Source of the DNA: Octopus vulgaris
Lineage: Eukaryota
Direction: 5' to 3'
Assembly: GCA_951406725.2 (NCBI GenBank)
Contig: OX597824.1
Coordinates: forward strand, 73,594,001 to 73,658,000
Length of the DNA stretch: 64,000 bases
Made by a program: the position numbers and the translations under genes. The stretch's first letter is position 1. Each line of letters opens with the position of its first letter. The notes under the pieces are model-generated. The model was not told the DNA's origin and searched no databases. It worked only from the letters and a program-made list of their open reading frames with translations. Shown here one piece after another: positions 24,138-38,547 of the stretch.

Positions 24138-27100
24138 GGAAAAGTTTTGAATATGCAAATAAAGCTCCTATTCCATTATGCTGACCACAGTCTAATGATG
24201 CTGACTGGTGAACCAGTCTTTTGGGGTTGCATTGAGCTGTATCGATACAATGTAGGATAAAATATAAATAATAATAATAAGGGCACTCAGAGAGTGCAAA
24301 CCTCTGCCAAGGCAATACCAACATCCTCTCAACGATTAGCCAGAGATGATTTTTAAAATGAGAATATCTTAAATAACGTCGACTGCTCTCACAAACGAGA
24401 ATACTAAAAATGAACCCAACTTCTCTCAAAAATTAACTAAAAGGTGGCACGTAAAAAGCACCCACTACACTCACGGAGTGGTTGGCGTTAGGAAGGGCAT
24501 CCAGCTGTAGAAACATTGCCAGATAAGACCGGAGCCTAGTGCAGCCTTCTGGCTTCCCAGATCCCTGGTCGAACCGTCCAACCCATGCTAGCATGGAGAA
24601 CGGACGTTAAACGATGATGATGATGATGATGCACTTGACAGAGTAATCTAATTGCTAAAGGGTTAACTCATTTGATACCAGCCCTTTTGAGACTACTCCT
24701 GATTACATGATACCAACTTTCTGTATTAAGGTGATCTTAATTAAAAACCTTCCATCAAAATTTCATGTTTAACATACTAGTGACATAGTCATTTAACTAA
24801 TTTCTTCATTATTTTCAAAATTAAGACAATATGTTGCCACAGAAATATACTCAGCTGGCAAAAATGAGTAGTACTTGTATTTTGAAGGGCCAGCCTTGTC
24901 ACATTCTGTGACACTCTGAATCTCCCTGAGAACTACATTAAGGGCACTTAAAGTTACAACACCAACTTTCCAGATGCTGGTGGGCCAAAACCTCTTATAA
25001 TCCCACTAATTTATGAGCAAGAAATTAAAATTCCTGTGGCTACCAGACTAGTTTCCTGCGTGGCCTTGTTTCACAGTACCATGCACAGTACAGTATTAAT
25101 AAACTTGTATCATTTAGATGTCTTGCAAACAACTTGCACATGCAAGTGCTACCAGTTAAAAAATCCGTATACCGGAAGCTAGCAAGTGTATGGGGTCATC
25201 AGGAGAGAATGCGCGCCGTTTCGGGGCCTACCTCTCGACGGCATCAATGCGCACCGGCCCCCCTCACTGATATGAGGCCCCGCTTGCTAGATCAGCTAGT
25301 TATGAAGAACTCAATATACTTCTAGCCATCGCTCATCGTCTCATTAAATTAAATTAAAGCTAATACTTGTTTAACCCTTTAGCATTTAATCCAGACATAT
25401 CTGGCCCAAATATTCTACCTGTTTTATGTTAAAATTGACTACATCTGACCTCTCATACCTACTCTACAATATCATTCTAAAAATATACAAGCACACCATT
25501 GAAATCTTGAAGCTACAAGATAATACATGATCAATTCAAAGCAATGAAAATAAATAAACATTACATTTGACAAAGAAATCTGATTGCTAAAGGGTTAAGT
25601 TTATGGTAGTGAGCTAGCAGAATCATTAGCACACCAGGTAAAATGTTTAACGACATGTCATCTGTCTTTTTGTTCTGAGTTCAAACTCCACTGCGGTTGA
25701 CTTTTGGGGTGGGGGGTCAATAAAATAAGCACCAATTGAGCACTGAGGTTGATGTAATTAACTTACCCCCTCCACAAAACTGCTGGCCTTGTGCTAAAAT
25801 TTGAATGCAATATTTGTTTAATTTAGATATAACCACCTCTGGTTTTCAAACATCAGTAATCTAGAGAAGCTTTGGAATCAAAGATACCAGAAAATTGATG
25901 CTGTTCCAGAATAAACAATAACTATCGTAGAACTTCTTATAATATGATACTGTATCAGCTACAATCAATATCTGAATTCAGTTAACTGAATTTTATATTA
26001 TCACAAATGTTAATCCAAGCTCTTTCTTTTATTACAGGTTTTTCAGAATCTATTGAAAACTCTGAGAATGAAGGTCCAAGTGAGACTGAATCTGCAGAGA
26101 TGGGTGATGATGATGATGAAGGAGAAAAGAAACCTCCATTGAGGTGAGATGCCATCATTGGCATTAAATCAGTTTTAACATTAAAGCATTTTTGAGAAGC
26201 TGCCTCTTTGTGTCACCTTCAAAGATTATGAAAGGACTTGATAGTGTCGAGATGAATGCAGTGCAGCAGAAGTGTCTAGAGATGCAAGAAGCTGAGACAC
26301 AATACATCAAACTTTTGAGTACACACAAACACACACACAGAGGTTTGGCCAAAAGTCACCCGACAGTAAATCAAAATTCCATAAATACTTAATATTCAAA
26401 ATTTTATTTATCCATTTGGAAAAATGGTGTCGCTCAGGAAGGACTTCGGTTTGAACAATTTTCATGATGTATCATATTTAGATGTTTTTTATTAAATTCA
26501 TTCAGTAGTTAAGCATAAATAAATCTTAAGAATTAAATGGTTTTGATTTACTGTCAGGTGACTTTTGGCCAACCCTGTATATGTATTTCGTTTTTGGATT
26601 TGGTTTGCAAGATTCTTTATATGAGTTCGTGTGTTGAAGCATATTCTGTTGTGTCTGGGGAGAGTCATTTTCTTTTTGTGCCTTATTATGTAATACACTC
26701 ACCGGTAAAATTTCCACTTTTTTCTTATTTTTATTGTCCTAAAATTTTCGTTGCGTCTTGCAACCTTTTCAATAGTTTTGACTCCTACTGTATATGTATT
26801 AATATTAATAAAGAGTATACTGTATATGTATTAATATTAATAAAGACTTGTGCATCCATAAAATTTATTCTATAGTTATATACAGTATATTATAGTGACC
26901 TACACGTATTTCTGCTACAGCAACTACTCATTCAACAAATCTGATCATATTTATGCGATGGAGGAAATTAAATGTTAAAATGGATTATGGTTTTTATTCT
27001 TCATGCTGCTATACAATTTGTTTCATACAAAAGGACTCATATATTCATGATAGAAAATCAGAAAAGTTAAATCTGTACTCCTGTTTAAAATTGGCAGGAC

Positions 27101-27956
27101 TCCAAGAACAAATTATTACAATATGATTACTAAAGGAAAATCTATGTACTGCTAACGTCTTTTTTAGTTTTTATCCTAGCTACTGACAAGTACAAATCTG
27201 ACTTTTCTGGTTTCCTATTATGAATATCTGAGTCCTTTTGTATGAAACAATTGTATAGTAACATGAATGATAAAAATCATAATCCATTTTAACATCTAAT
27301 CTCCTGCATTGCATAAATACGAAAGAAATTGTCGAACTATGTATAAATTTTCATATCTATACAAATTTTCATATCTATACAAATTTTGATTAGCAAATTC
27401 AATCGTAAAGTATGAAGAAACAGCATTAGAAATCTTTGGAAATTACTCCCATTAAAGGACGAACTTACATTCATCCATTAAAAAAATATATATTTATTTA
27501 AGAATATATATAATATATAAAGTGTGGCTGTGTGGTAAGTAGCTTGCTTACCAACCACATGGTGCCAGGTTCAGTCCCACTGTGTGGCACCTTGGGCAAG
27601 TGTCTTCTACTATAGCCTTGGGCCGACCAAAGCCTTGTGAGTGGATTTGGTAGATAGAAACTGGAAGAAGCCTGTTGTCGTGTGTATATGTATATGTGTA
27701 TATATATTTGTGTGTCTGTGTTTGTCCCCCCAACGTCACTTGACAACTGGTGCTGGTGTGTTTATGTCCCCGTAACTTAGCGGTTCAGCAAAAGAGACCA
27801 ATAAAATAAGAGACCTTGTACTTACAAGGCTTACAAAGAATAAGCTCTGGGGTCGATTTGCTCAATTAAAGGCACTGCTCCAGCATGGCTGCAGTCAAAT
27901 GACTGAAACCAGTAAAAGAGTAAAAGAGATATATATAGAAAGACAGAGAGAGAGAG

Positions 27957-28000
<44 letters not shown>

Positions 28001-28671
28001 ACACATATACCTGACAGTAAATCAAAATTCCATAAATACTATCTGTAATTCTGTCTTGACTCGAATGGGAAAATGTGCTGCTCAATAAGGACTTCAGTTC
28101 ATGATGTTTCATATTTAGATGCTTTTATTAAATTCATTCAGTTGTTGAACATAAATAAATTTTGGAATTAAATGGCTTTGATTTGCTGTCAGGTGACTTT
28201 TGACCAACTCTGTAAATACACAACATCACCCCACCACTACCACCACCACCACCACCACATCTGTGCTATGGGCATTTTTATAGTTTAATTTTATCATGCA
28301 CATACTATATATGTGTGTGTAATATATATTCTTGAAGGGATCAACTCTTTGTCCTTTTAGCACCAAAACCGTCAATTGATAAATCAGTCCAGTTGTCTTA
28401 TAAAAATTAATCATCTTGGTTTTTTAAAAATTTTTTAATAAATTCCTCTTTATTTTTTTCATTTATCTATTTTTAATCATTCTTGGCCTAAACTAACTGC
28501 CTTCTGTTCTTCAGCCCTACACAGAGTACAAATATTCCTCTGATGCGTGTCATACAGTCAGTGCGGCATACCAAAAAGGCTGGCTCACAGATCCTAAAAG
28601 AAGGTTGGATGGTACATTTCACAGACAAAGATGCAGCGGTAAGTTTCCTTTGTTTTGTTCACTAAGCTTCC

Positions 28672-28706
<35 letters not shown>

Positions 28707-31014
28707 ATGTGTGTATAGGATGATGAAGATTGGGCACATAGCATCTGCAATGCTCTAAGATGCTCACTGTCCTGTATCGGTCAGGCAATGCGATCAGTGA
28801 GCATTCCACTTTGCAATATAGAGGGCACTTATGGAGGGTAAACTATTAATGTCCTCGAGAAAACTCTAGATGTTCACAAGGACAAAACTGTGTAGTCTGT
28901 TCAAAAAGACTTCCAAATCAGGTACTACTCAGGATTGTGGAGGCGCAATGGCCCAGTGGTTAGGGCAGCGGACTCGCAGTCGGAGGATCGCGGTTTCGAT
29001 TCCCAGACCGGGCGTTGTGAGTGTTTATTGAGCGAAAACACCTAAAAGCTCCACGAGGCTCCGGCAGGGGATGGTGGTGATCCCTGCTATACTCTTTCAC
29101 CACAACTTTCTCTCACTCTTACTTCCTGTTTCTGTTGTACCTGTATTTCAAGGGGCCGGCCTTGTCACTCTCTGTGTCACGCTGAATATCCCCCGAGAAC
29201 TATGTTACGGGTGCACGTGTCTGTGGAGTGCTCAGCCACTTACACATTAATTTCATGAGCAGGCTGTTCCGTTGATTCGGATCAACCGGAACCCTCATCG
29301 TCATAACAGACGGAGTGCTTCCACTACTCAGGATAGCTTCCAGAAATCGTTATCCTGGTAATGCTTCTGAATGATACACCTGTTTCAAGACAAATTCTGC
29401 AGATATTGATGTGACATCAAGCAGGACTATTGGAGGTGCTCATATTGCAAACAAAACTTTAATTCTTGCACTCATACATTTCTGAGTATTGCTGACTTGT
29501 GGAGTTACATAAGAACCACATATTGTTAGCCACTAAGGAACATGCTCAACTGGTTAAGGTCAAGCAACTGACAAGCAAATCTGTGGTATTGAGCAGAATA
29601 TTTGCTGTAGTCCATCTTTTATACCAAGCAATGTACATGATGACACTTCCAATCAGTTAAGATCAGAAGCCATGAGAGCCACTGCCTGGTACTGCATTAT
29701 CATTATCATTATCATCGTTGTCGCCGCCGCTGCCGTTATTTTTTTTTTTTCCGCAACACTTAGCTAACAGGAATAATTGTCTCATGAAACTGAATGTGTT
29801 TTTGTGAGTTCCACCTCAAATTTTAGGTTCAAATCCTGTTTAGGTTGCTGACTTGGCTTTTTGTCTATCTGGAGAGGAATAAAATTTATATATTTGTGAC
29901 CTTGCGTAAATTGAACCAGAGAAGAAGCTTCTAACTACATCCATCACCACACCCATCACCATCAACATCATTATCACATGCCAGTAAGGGAGTCTCTGCA
30001 TGGTTAATAAATTTGCTAGAAACCACAACCGAATCTTTCTCAAATCACACTCGAGAGCCTTTGAAAAAGTTGCATTGTATATCCTGGTTTTGGCTTCTTT
30101 GTGTGCAGGAAAATTACTGGACAGACATGGATAGGCTGTCTTGGAACATATGTAGGTCGTGTCAGGGCTGACCTGGGGCTAAATCACCAACACCACCACC
30201 ATCACTGTGGCCACAACAACAACAACAACAACACTATTATCATTAACACCAACACCAACATCTCTAATGTGAATCCTCTGATCCAATTACTGCCACAGCT
30301 GTCACCACCTCCACCACAATCATTAATACCATCATTGATACCAGCACCAATACCACCAACACCATGATCACCAATACCAGCATCATCGCCAATATCAATG
30401 TTACAACCCATACCAATACCAACACCACCACCTATACCATCACCACCACCTATACCATCACCACCATCATCACCTTCACCAATACCACCATCTCCACCAG
30501 TATTACTCCCGCTACCACCACCACTACTACCAATACCGGCATTGCCATCACCATCAATACCAACACTGCTACGACCATTGATACCAACACCACTAATACC
30601 AACACAAATACCACCACATTCACAACCTTATCACTAATGCCACTACTATCATACCATCACTTCAACAACCACCACTACCACCACCACAACACGAATAACA
30701 ACAAAGAAGTACCCCTTCTACTGTTGCTACTACTACTACTACTACCACCACCACCACCATTATTATTTTCATTATTCTTCCTAATTTGAATGAATCAATG
30801 GCTTATTGTTGTCTTCGTTAAGTCTTTTGTGAATGAAATAATAGACAAAGCTGTACACATGCACACACGCACTCACACACACACACACAAATGTATACAT
30901 ACATATGTAAGTAGTGTGTGCATTATTTCTATATCTGCATTCATTCATCTATCTATCTATCTATCTATCTATCTATATATTGTGTGTGTTGTGTATATAA
31001 ATGTATGTGTATGC

Positions 31015-31048
<34 letters not shown>

Positions 31049-31164
31049 ATGCACACACATACATACATACATACACACATACACACACACCACACATTTT
31101 TCATTTCTCAAATGTTTTTGATCTAATCTAATATAGATATCTAATGTGTGTGTTTGTAAATGTT

Positions 31165-31195
<31 letters not shown>

Positions 31196-32056
31196 GTCTG
31201 TGTGTGTGTGTGTGTGTATTAAATATCATACAAAATAAATTCTTGATTTATTCATATTATCTCAGCTGCCATAGAAGGTAAATTATTCACTTGGTGGCAT
31301 TCGGTACTAACTCCAAAGGAATCAAGAATTCTCCAAAACTGGTTAACAATTATGGGAAAGACAATCTGATTTGCTTGTCTAGAGACAAAAGGACAGCTGT
31401 GTACATGTGTTCCTGTGGAAGAAGGTGTCATCAACATAGTAGCTGCTCTCCCTTATCTTAAATAGAATGAGGCTCTTAGACATATGTGAAAAAAGCACAA
31501 CACATTTACAGCCTAGGGATTTGCATAGATGAGATAAAAATGAGATAAGAGTAACATCTTCAAGTGGATAGTGGCATGAATATGAGCAACTAAGATGCTT
31601 AAAGGTATATTCAATAAAAAATACCAAATCATTATCATTATTATCGTTTAAAGTCCGATTTCCATGCTGGCATAGGTTTGACGGTTTGACTGAGGACTGG
31701 TGAGACAGAGGCTGCACCAGGTTCAGTCTGGTCTGGCAAAATTTCTACAGCTGGATGCCTTTCCTAATGCCAAACACTCCGAGAGTGTAGTGGGTGCTTT
31801 GTTGTCCCCTGTTTTTATCTATTCTGCATTTTGACTAGAAAAACTAGTCTAAATCATCAAATATTGTCAGTGTTGCAGATTTTCTCTGTTTCCCTCTCCT
31901 AGAGAGATGTTGTGACAACAGAATGGCCACTCGCTGCCAGTAGGCCAACTTCGCACCTGGACACCAACCCAGCTATTTTCACATCTCTGCACATACATGC
32001 ATACACATACACACATGCGTGTATATATGTTCATACATACACACACGTATATACAG

Positions 32057-32092
<36 letters not shown>

Positions 32093-33741
32093 ACGTATAT
32101 AAAACTCTGTGTGTGTGTGTAAACCCACATAACTTCTGTGTGTTCACAACCGATTTTCTCCAAATTGGGAACATACATTACTTATGTTCCAGAGATGGTT
32201 TTAGACTCTTAAGATTTTTCACATAATATGTAATGGGGCCTCTGGGAACAGAAAATCCTCTTTCCTGGAGTATGTTTGACTACTGTGGAGAAGGGAGGTA
32301 ACTCTTTGTGCAATAACGTTCAGAAATTGATTATTTCCCTTATATCCAATGCACTTAATCCACAAGGTAAAACTTTTTCCATTAGTGTCATCTTAAGTTC
32401 AATGTATGTGTTTTTTAAAATTTTCTAAGATATTGATATTATTTAAATTTTCTTTGTTGACATTTCATTATTAATGTACAATTAGGCGCAGGAGTGGCTG
32501 TGTGGTAAGTAGCTTGCTAACCAACCACATGGTTCTGGGTTCAGTCCCACTGCGTGGCATCTTGGGCAAGTGTCTTCTGCTATAGCCCCGGGCCGACCAA
32601 TGCCTTGTGAGTGGATTTGGTAGACGGAAACTGAAAGAAGCTCGTCGTATATATGTATATATATATGTGTGTATGTTTGTGTGTTTGTGTGTCTGTGTTT
32701 GTCCCCCTAGCATTGCTTGACAACCGATGCTGGTGTGTTTACGTCCCCGTCACTTAGCGGTTCGGCAAAAGAGACCGATAGAATAAGTACTGGGCTTACA
32801 AAGAATAAGTCCCGGGGTCAAATTGCTCGACTAAAGGCGGTGCTCCAGCATGGCCACAGTCAAATGACTGAAACAAGTAAAAGAGTAAAAGAGTAATTGT
32901 CATCTTAGTTTATTACGTCATATTTCTTGGCATAATGTCTCGAAAGTAGAGATCCTCTGTTGGTGGAAAAATGGTCGTAGCAAAGAAATTGGAAAGAAGG
33001 AGACCAGATGAATTGTAACAGGCGACTTCAATTAGACAATCACAAAATGCTGCATGTACATCTACTGCAAGAGCAATGGAAAGTGCTGAATAACATTGTA
33101 TTCACCTGACCAGGTGTTCAGCATGGTAGCGGCAGTGCCCACAACCACAAAGGAGAGTGTATCTGCTGAGAGCTTTTTGTGCATTCAAAAATCGCATACT
33201 CCGCACCCACTTTTCCATGACAAGGTTAGGACTTTGAATCTTCCAAACAGATGCATGACATGTCTGTCAAATTAGCTTTCCATTTACTCCACGAATATTT
33301 TGTCAATGTTGCACCTCCTTGTATCACATGTTTCAACTTAACTGTACCATATATACAAACTGTGCCATTTAAATCCTGAGCAACGCTGAGTATGCCTGCT
33401 AGTATGTGCGTGTGTATGTATGTGTATATTTATATATATATGTATGTATGTATGTAGTAGAAGAAATAAGGTACTCAGAAATCTGGATGGTTTTACATTT
33501 ACAGATATTTATTATGTCACATGTTTTTATAAATCATATATTAGTGCTTGTGTCCACTCTAGTGGAGTCTTCAGATTCCACAAGAGTGGATGCAAGCGCC
33601 AATATATGAGTTATAAAAGCATGTGACATATTAATAAATGTCTGTAAATATAAAACTATCCAGATTTCTGAGTACCTAATTTCTTCTAATATATAATACC
33701 TGTACATCATCTCCAAACCTTAATATATATATATATGTATG

Positions 33742-33779
<38 letters not shown>

Positions 33780-36700
33780 GATATATATTATATACTTTTG
33801 TATATGTATAGATAAATTTACATATATACATCAGTGCACGCACACGCGCACACACACACACGTACGCGTGTAAATAGTGAAAAGCATTCTTTAATGTAAC
33901 ATATTTTTTTTTTCCCATTTTCCATTTTCCTATTTAATTTTCCCTTCACTGCTTCCAAACAGTAGTTTTAGGCTGTTTAATTCAGAGCCATCTCTGTTTG
34001 GTGCTTGATATTATTAACTCTCTATTATTAAACCAGTCGATCTATCAATCATCAAACTGATGAACTTTGCGATCACTGAATTTACATTTAATATATATAT
34101 GAGCATGGCCATGTGGTTAGCGAGTGTGTCTCACAACCACATGGTTCCAGACTCCTGGTTCAAACCCACTGAGTGTTACTAGAGTTTGGGTTGACCAATT
34201 TGGGCAGTGGAAATTGTGCGGAAATTAAAACTGGATCTAGGGGAAGAGTTCACGAAAAAAACAAAAGACGAAGACAGGTGGTGTACAAAACAAACGGATG
34301 TATTAGTATAACGCTCAGGCATAGAAAAAGTCTTTTACATTTCGAGCCTACGCTCTTCTACAGAAAGGAACACAGAAAAAAACAAGGAGAGAAAAAAAAT
34401 GTGTGTAATGGCTACCTATCTATCATGGCGAATGGATATATATGTATATGTGTGTGTATACATATTCGTTCTCCATCTCTCTTTCTCCCTCTTCCCAGCT
34501 GGAGATGCTATGTATTTCCTCTTCAGGAAAACATCTGTCCTTGTCCCTTTATCATACTTTCACTATATCCTACAGTTCAGGGGGTGCTGTCTTGCAAATA
34601 TCTAGTGACCTCACTAGTGCAGGTGCCATGAGAAAAGCACCCACTATACTTTGTAAAGTAGTGGGTTTCTATCCTCCTTAAAGGCGGCGAGCTGGTAGAA
34701 TAGTTAGCACGCTGGGCGAAATGCTTAGCGGTATTTCGTCTTCTGCTACATCCTAAGTTCAAATTCCGCTGAGGTTGACTTTGCCTTTCATCCTTTCGGG
34801 GTCGATAAATTAAGTACCAGTTATGCACTGTGGTCGATGTCATTGACTTAATCCTTTTGTCTGTCCTTGTTTGCCCCCTCTATGTTTAGCCCCTTGTGGG
34901 CAATAAAGAAATAAGAAACCATGCCATGCATTGGAACACACCAGCGAGATGTGGGTGGTCCTGAACCCTTCATGGAACATAATTATTCTCAAATCAAAAC
35001 TGACAACTTGTCCAGCCCATGCTGGTATGGAAAGTGGTTGATTGATGATCGTTATGATGGTGGTGGTGGTGGTGGCAGTGTCAAAGAGGAAGTATCAGAG
35101 GAGAAAGTTGTGTCGGTTTTATTTAATTTTTGTATCTTTAGGTTCCTTTGTTCAAATAGTGCTGAATCTTGATTTTGGCTTTTAACCTCTTCCTCTTCCT
35201 TTTCCCAGCAACAGCAGTAGCAGCAGCACCACCACCACCACCACCATCCACACCGCCATCACCAATACCATCACCTCCGTTACCATGACCGGTCCCATGG
35301 GTTAATATAGTTCACCTTCTAGATATTGCAAACTGGGATGGATTGATTAAATTTGCTGTAACCCCCTCCCCCTCACACCAATACAAGCAACACGTGACTA
35401 CCATGATATGCCCCACCACCACCACCACCATCACCATCATCATCTGCTAATTTGTGATTGTGTGTCATTGTATGAGAAATCAATAATTATAGTTATGCTT
35501 CAAACATATAAGCACACACACACACACACACACTTGTATGCATACATGTATACACAGTAATATATATACACATGTAGAAGCACACATATACAAAAGTACA
35601 GATGCATTCGTAAAATTTTACACACACACACACACACACATACACACACAAACATAGCACACTCATATAAATATAAGTCCATACACAATTATGTAGATGC
35701 ACACTCAAATAAGCACACATGCAACAAACAAGTGCATATACACTCTCTCTATTTCAGTTATTCTCTATCCCTCTCTCCTCTCACTTTCACTCTTCTCTCC
35801 TTTCTCTCTCTCTCTCTCTCCCCATCTCTCCCTTTCAAATTCCTTGAGACTTCTTGTCTGTAACCATGGATTCCTTGCATAAAAATGTTGATAAATAAAC
35901 CAGGAAAAAGGAAAGACAGAAGTTGTTTTTCAGAAATAAGAGGAATTTTAGTGGTGATTATATTGTCTGGGAGGATGGCTACATCACATGGGGTGGGGGG
36001 ATCTAGCTGTTTCATATGGGAAAGGGCTAGCTGTATTTCATGGGAATGCCAGCTCTATCACATGAGAGACTACCTGTATCACATAGGAGGTTAGTTTTAT
36101 CACATGGGAGACCAGCTGTAACACATGAGAAGTCAGCTGTGTCACATAAGAGATGAGCTATATCACATGGGAGTCTAGCTGTACCACATTGGAGGCAGGC
36201 TGTATCGCATGGTGGCCAAGCTTTATCACATGCTTTTATACCTTGATATCATTACATTTAGGTGTACTGCCCTATTTTAATTTTTCCTGTTGAATATAGA
36301 AAATAATCAATAAATAGATATTTGAAATTAATAGATGCAGACTAATCAGTATGTCTGTTAAACTATGTATGCATGCATATGTATGTATGTGTGTGTATGT
36401 ATGTGTGTATGTATGCATTTATGTATATATGTGTATATACACACACTGTAATATAGTTGCTTATTAATTAGTTACAAGTATGTAATTTTTACTAAAAGAA
36501 AACAAAATCTGCATTGTCTAAAAAATTCTCAAAAATTCCAATTTCAATGCATTTTTATCCAAATGAGGTTTTCAAGATTCTTTTATTATTGAAAATTTCA
36601 ACTACATTATTCAGAAAGCTAATTTTAATTCTGTGAGTTATCATTTTTTAACATCTTATTCCTCTCTCTCTCTTTCTCCCTCCCCTCTCTCTCAAGTTTA

Positions 36701-36819
36701 CAAGTAAGCAAGCTTGACATACTAGCAGAAAACTGCCAGGTGGGTGATGCTTCTGCTTGTATATACTATATATATATATATATATTAAATTAGTATCCAA
36801 CTTTCTCACCCTCATTAGT

Positions 36820-36856
<37 letters not shown>

Positions 36857-37861
36857 AGAGACAGAAAAGAAAGTCTATACATGCACACACACACATACAT
36901 ACACACACACACATGCATATACATACATACTGCATTAGTTTAGTATTGCTTCCTCCACTATACAGTTATCATCTCATCTCTCTATCACTCACTTTCCTGT
37001 CATCCTTTTGGCTCATCGCCATGGAATTTTTCTATTTTGAAGTCCCTCCATCACTCAACTCCAGATGCACTGGTCTCTGCCATCACCCTTCCCTGTCTCC
37101 TGTACGGTCCACCATCATACTCTTCTTTGAACGATTATTGCCCAATACGTTCTATCTTCAAACCTCACTTCCATACCACCTGGCATCATCCTGTCTTGTC
37201 TTTTTCCCCCATCACACTTTTGCTCTTTTTCTCCTGTTATATGTCTTTGCTGGTGCCACATGAAAAGTACCTGTGTTGGTACCATGTAATACACTCTGTA
37301 AAGTGGTTGGCATTAGGGAAGGCATTCGACTGTAGAAAGCAAGACAAAACAGATGACTGGAACTTGGTGCAAGTCCTGTCAAGCCATCAATGCTCGCATG
37401 GAAAATGGATGTTCACTAATGATGATGATCATCATCATCACATCATCGTGATATATATGTATATGTGTGTGTGTGTGTGTATATATATATTTATATATAT
37501 ATCATCATCATCATCATCATCATCATCGTTTAACGTCCGCTTTCCGCGCTAGCACGGGTTGGACGGTTTGACCGGGTCTGGGAAGCCAGGGGCCGCACCA
37601 GGCTCCAGTCTGAATCTGGCAGAGTTTCTACGGCTGGATGCCCTTCCTAACGCCAACCACTCCGTGAGTGGATTGGGTGCTTTTTACGTGCCACCTGCAC
37701 AGGGGCCGGAGGGTCCGGCATCGTCACGATCGGTTCGAGCATTTTAACGTGTCAGCGGCACGGGGGCAACGAGGTCCGGGGTACTTTGGGGATCCAGGGT
37801 ACTTTGGGGATCTGGGGTACTTAGAATGAGTAGGGGGTATGTGGAATTGCTGCAGAAAGCA

Positions 37862-37896
<35 letters not shown>

Positions 37897-38505
37897 TATA
37901 CAGCTGCATATACAGCTGCGTGCGTGCACACATACATGTGAGTACTGTCCAAATCTCTGACCAATCACATACAGCTAGCTGGCATTCAATTGGCGTATCA
38001 AGTTTCGGGCATTTTGATTGGGTTTTGGATAGAAAATTCACAAAAAGTCACTTCTATTGATTTTTTAATGACTTTGCAGGGTGACTGGGGAAATGTAAAG
38101 ATGTGCATAACCACCCTTGGAGAGTTTTGAATGACCATAGAAAGTGTGAGCCCTCTAACTAAAAAATTGTGGATTTGTATAAAGGACACACACGCAGACA
38201 TTTTGCCGTTTATATATAGAGAGATATTGAGGATGATGTGATAATGAACTCTTTGTATACAGTGCTCAGGTGCACTACAATTTGTTTAAAATATTTAAAA
38301 GAAGTGAACAGGCACAGGAGTGGCTGTGTGGTAAGTAGCTTGCTTACCTTGTGGCAAATTAAATGAAATAAAGTAGCTTGCTTACCAACCACATGGTTCC
38401 GGGTTCATTCCCACTACGTGGAACCTTGGGCAAGTGTCTTCTACTATAGCCTCGGGCTGACCAATGCCTTGTGAGTGGAATTGGTAGACGGAAACTGAAA
38501 GAAGC

Positions 38506-38547
<42 letters not shown>

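Noticed and set aside
28936-29015. Apparent tRNA gene
   Set aside because: It has A and B boxes but continues into a 390-bp body bounded by a 12-bp TSD, so it is a SINE head.
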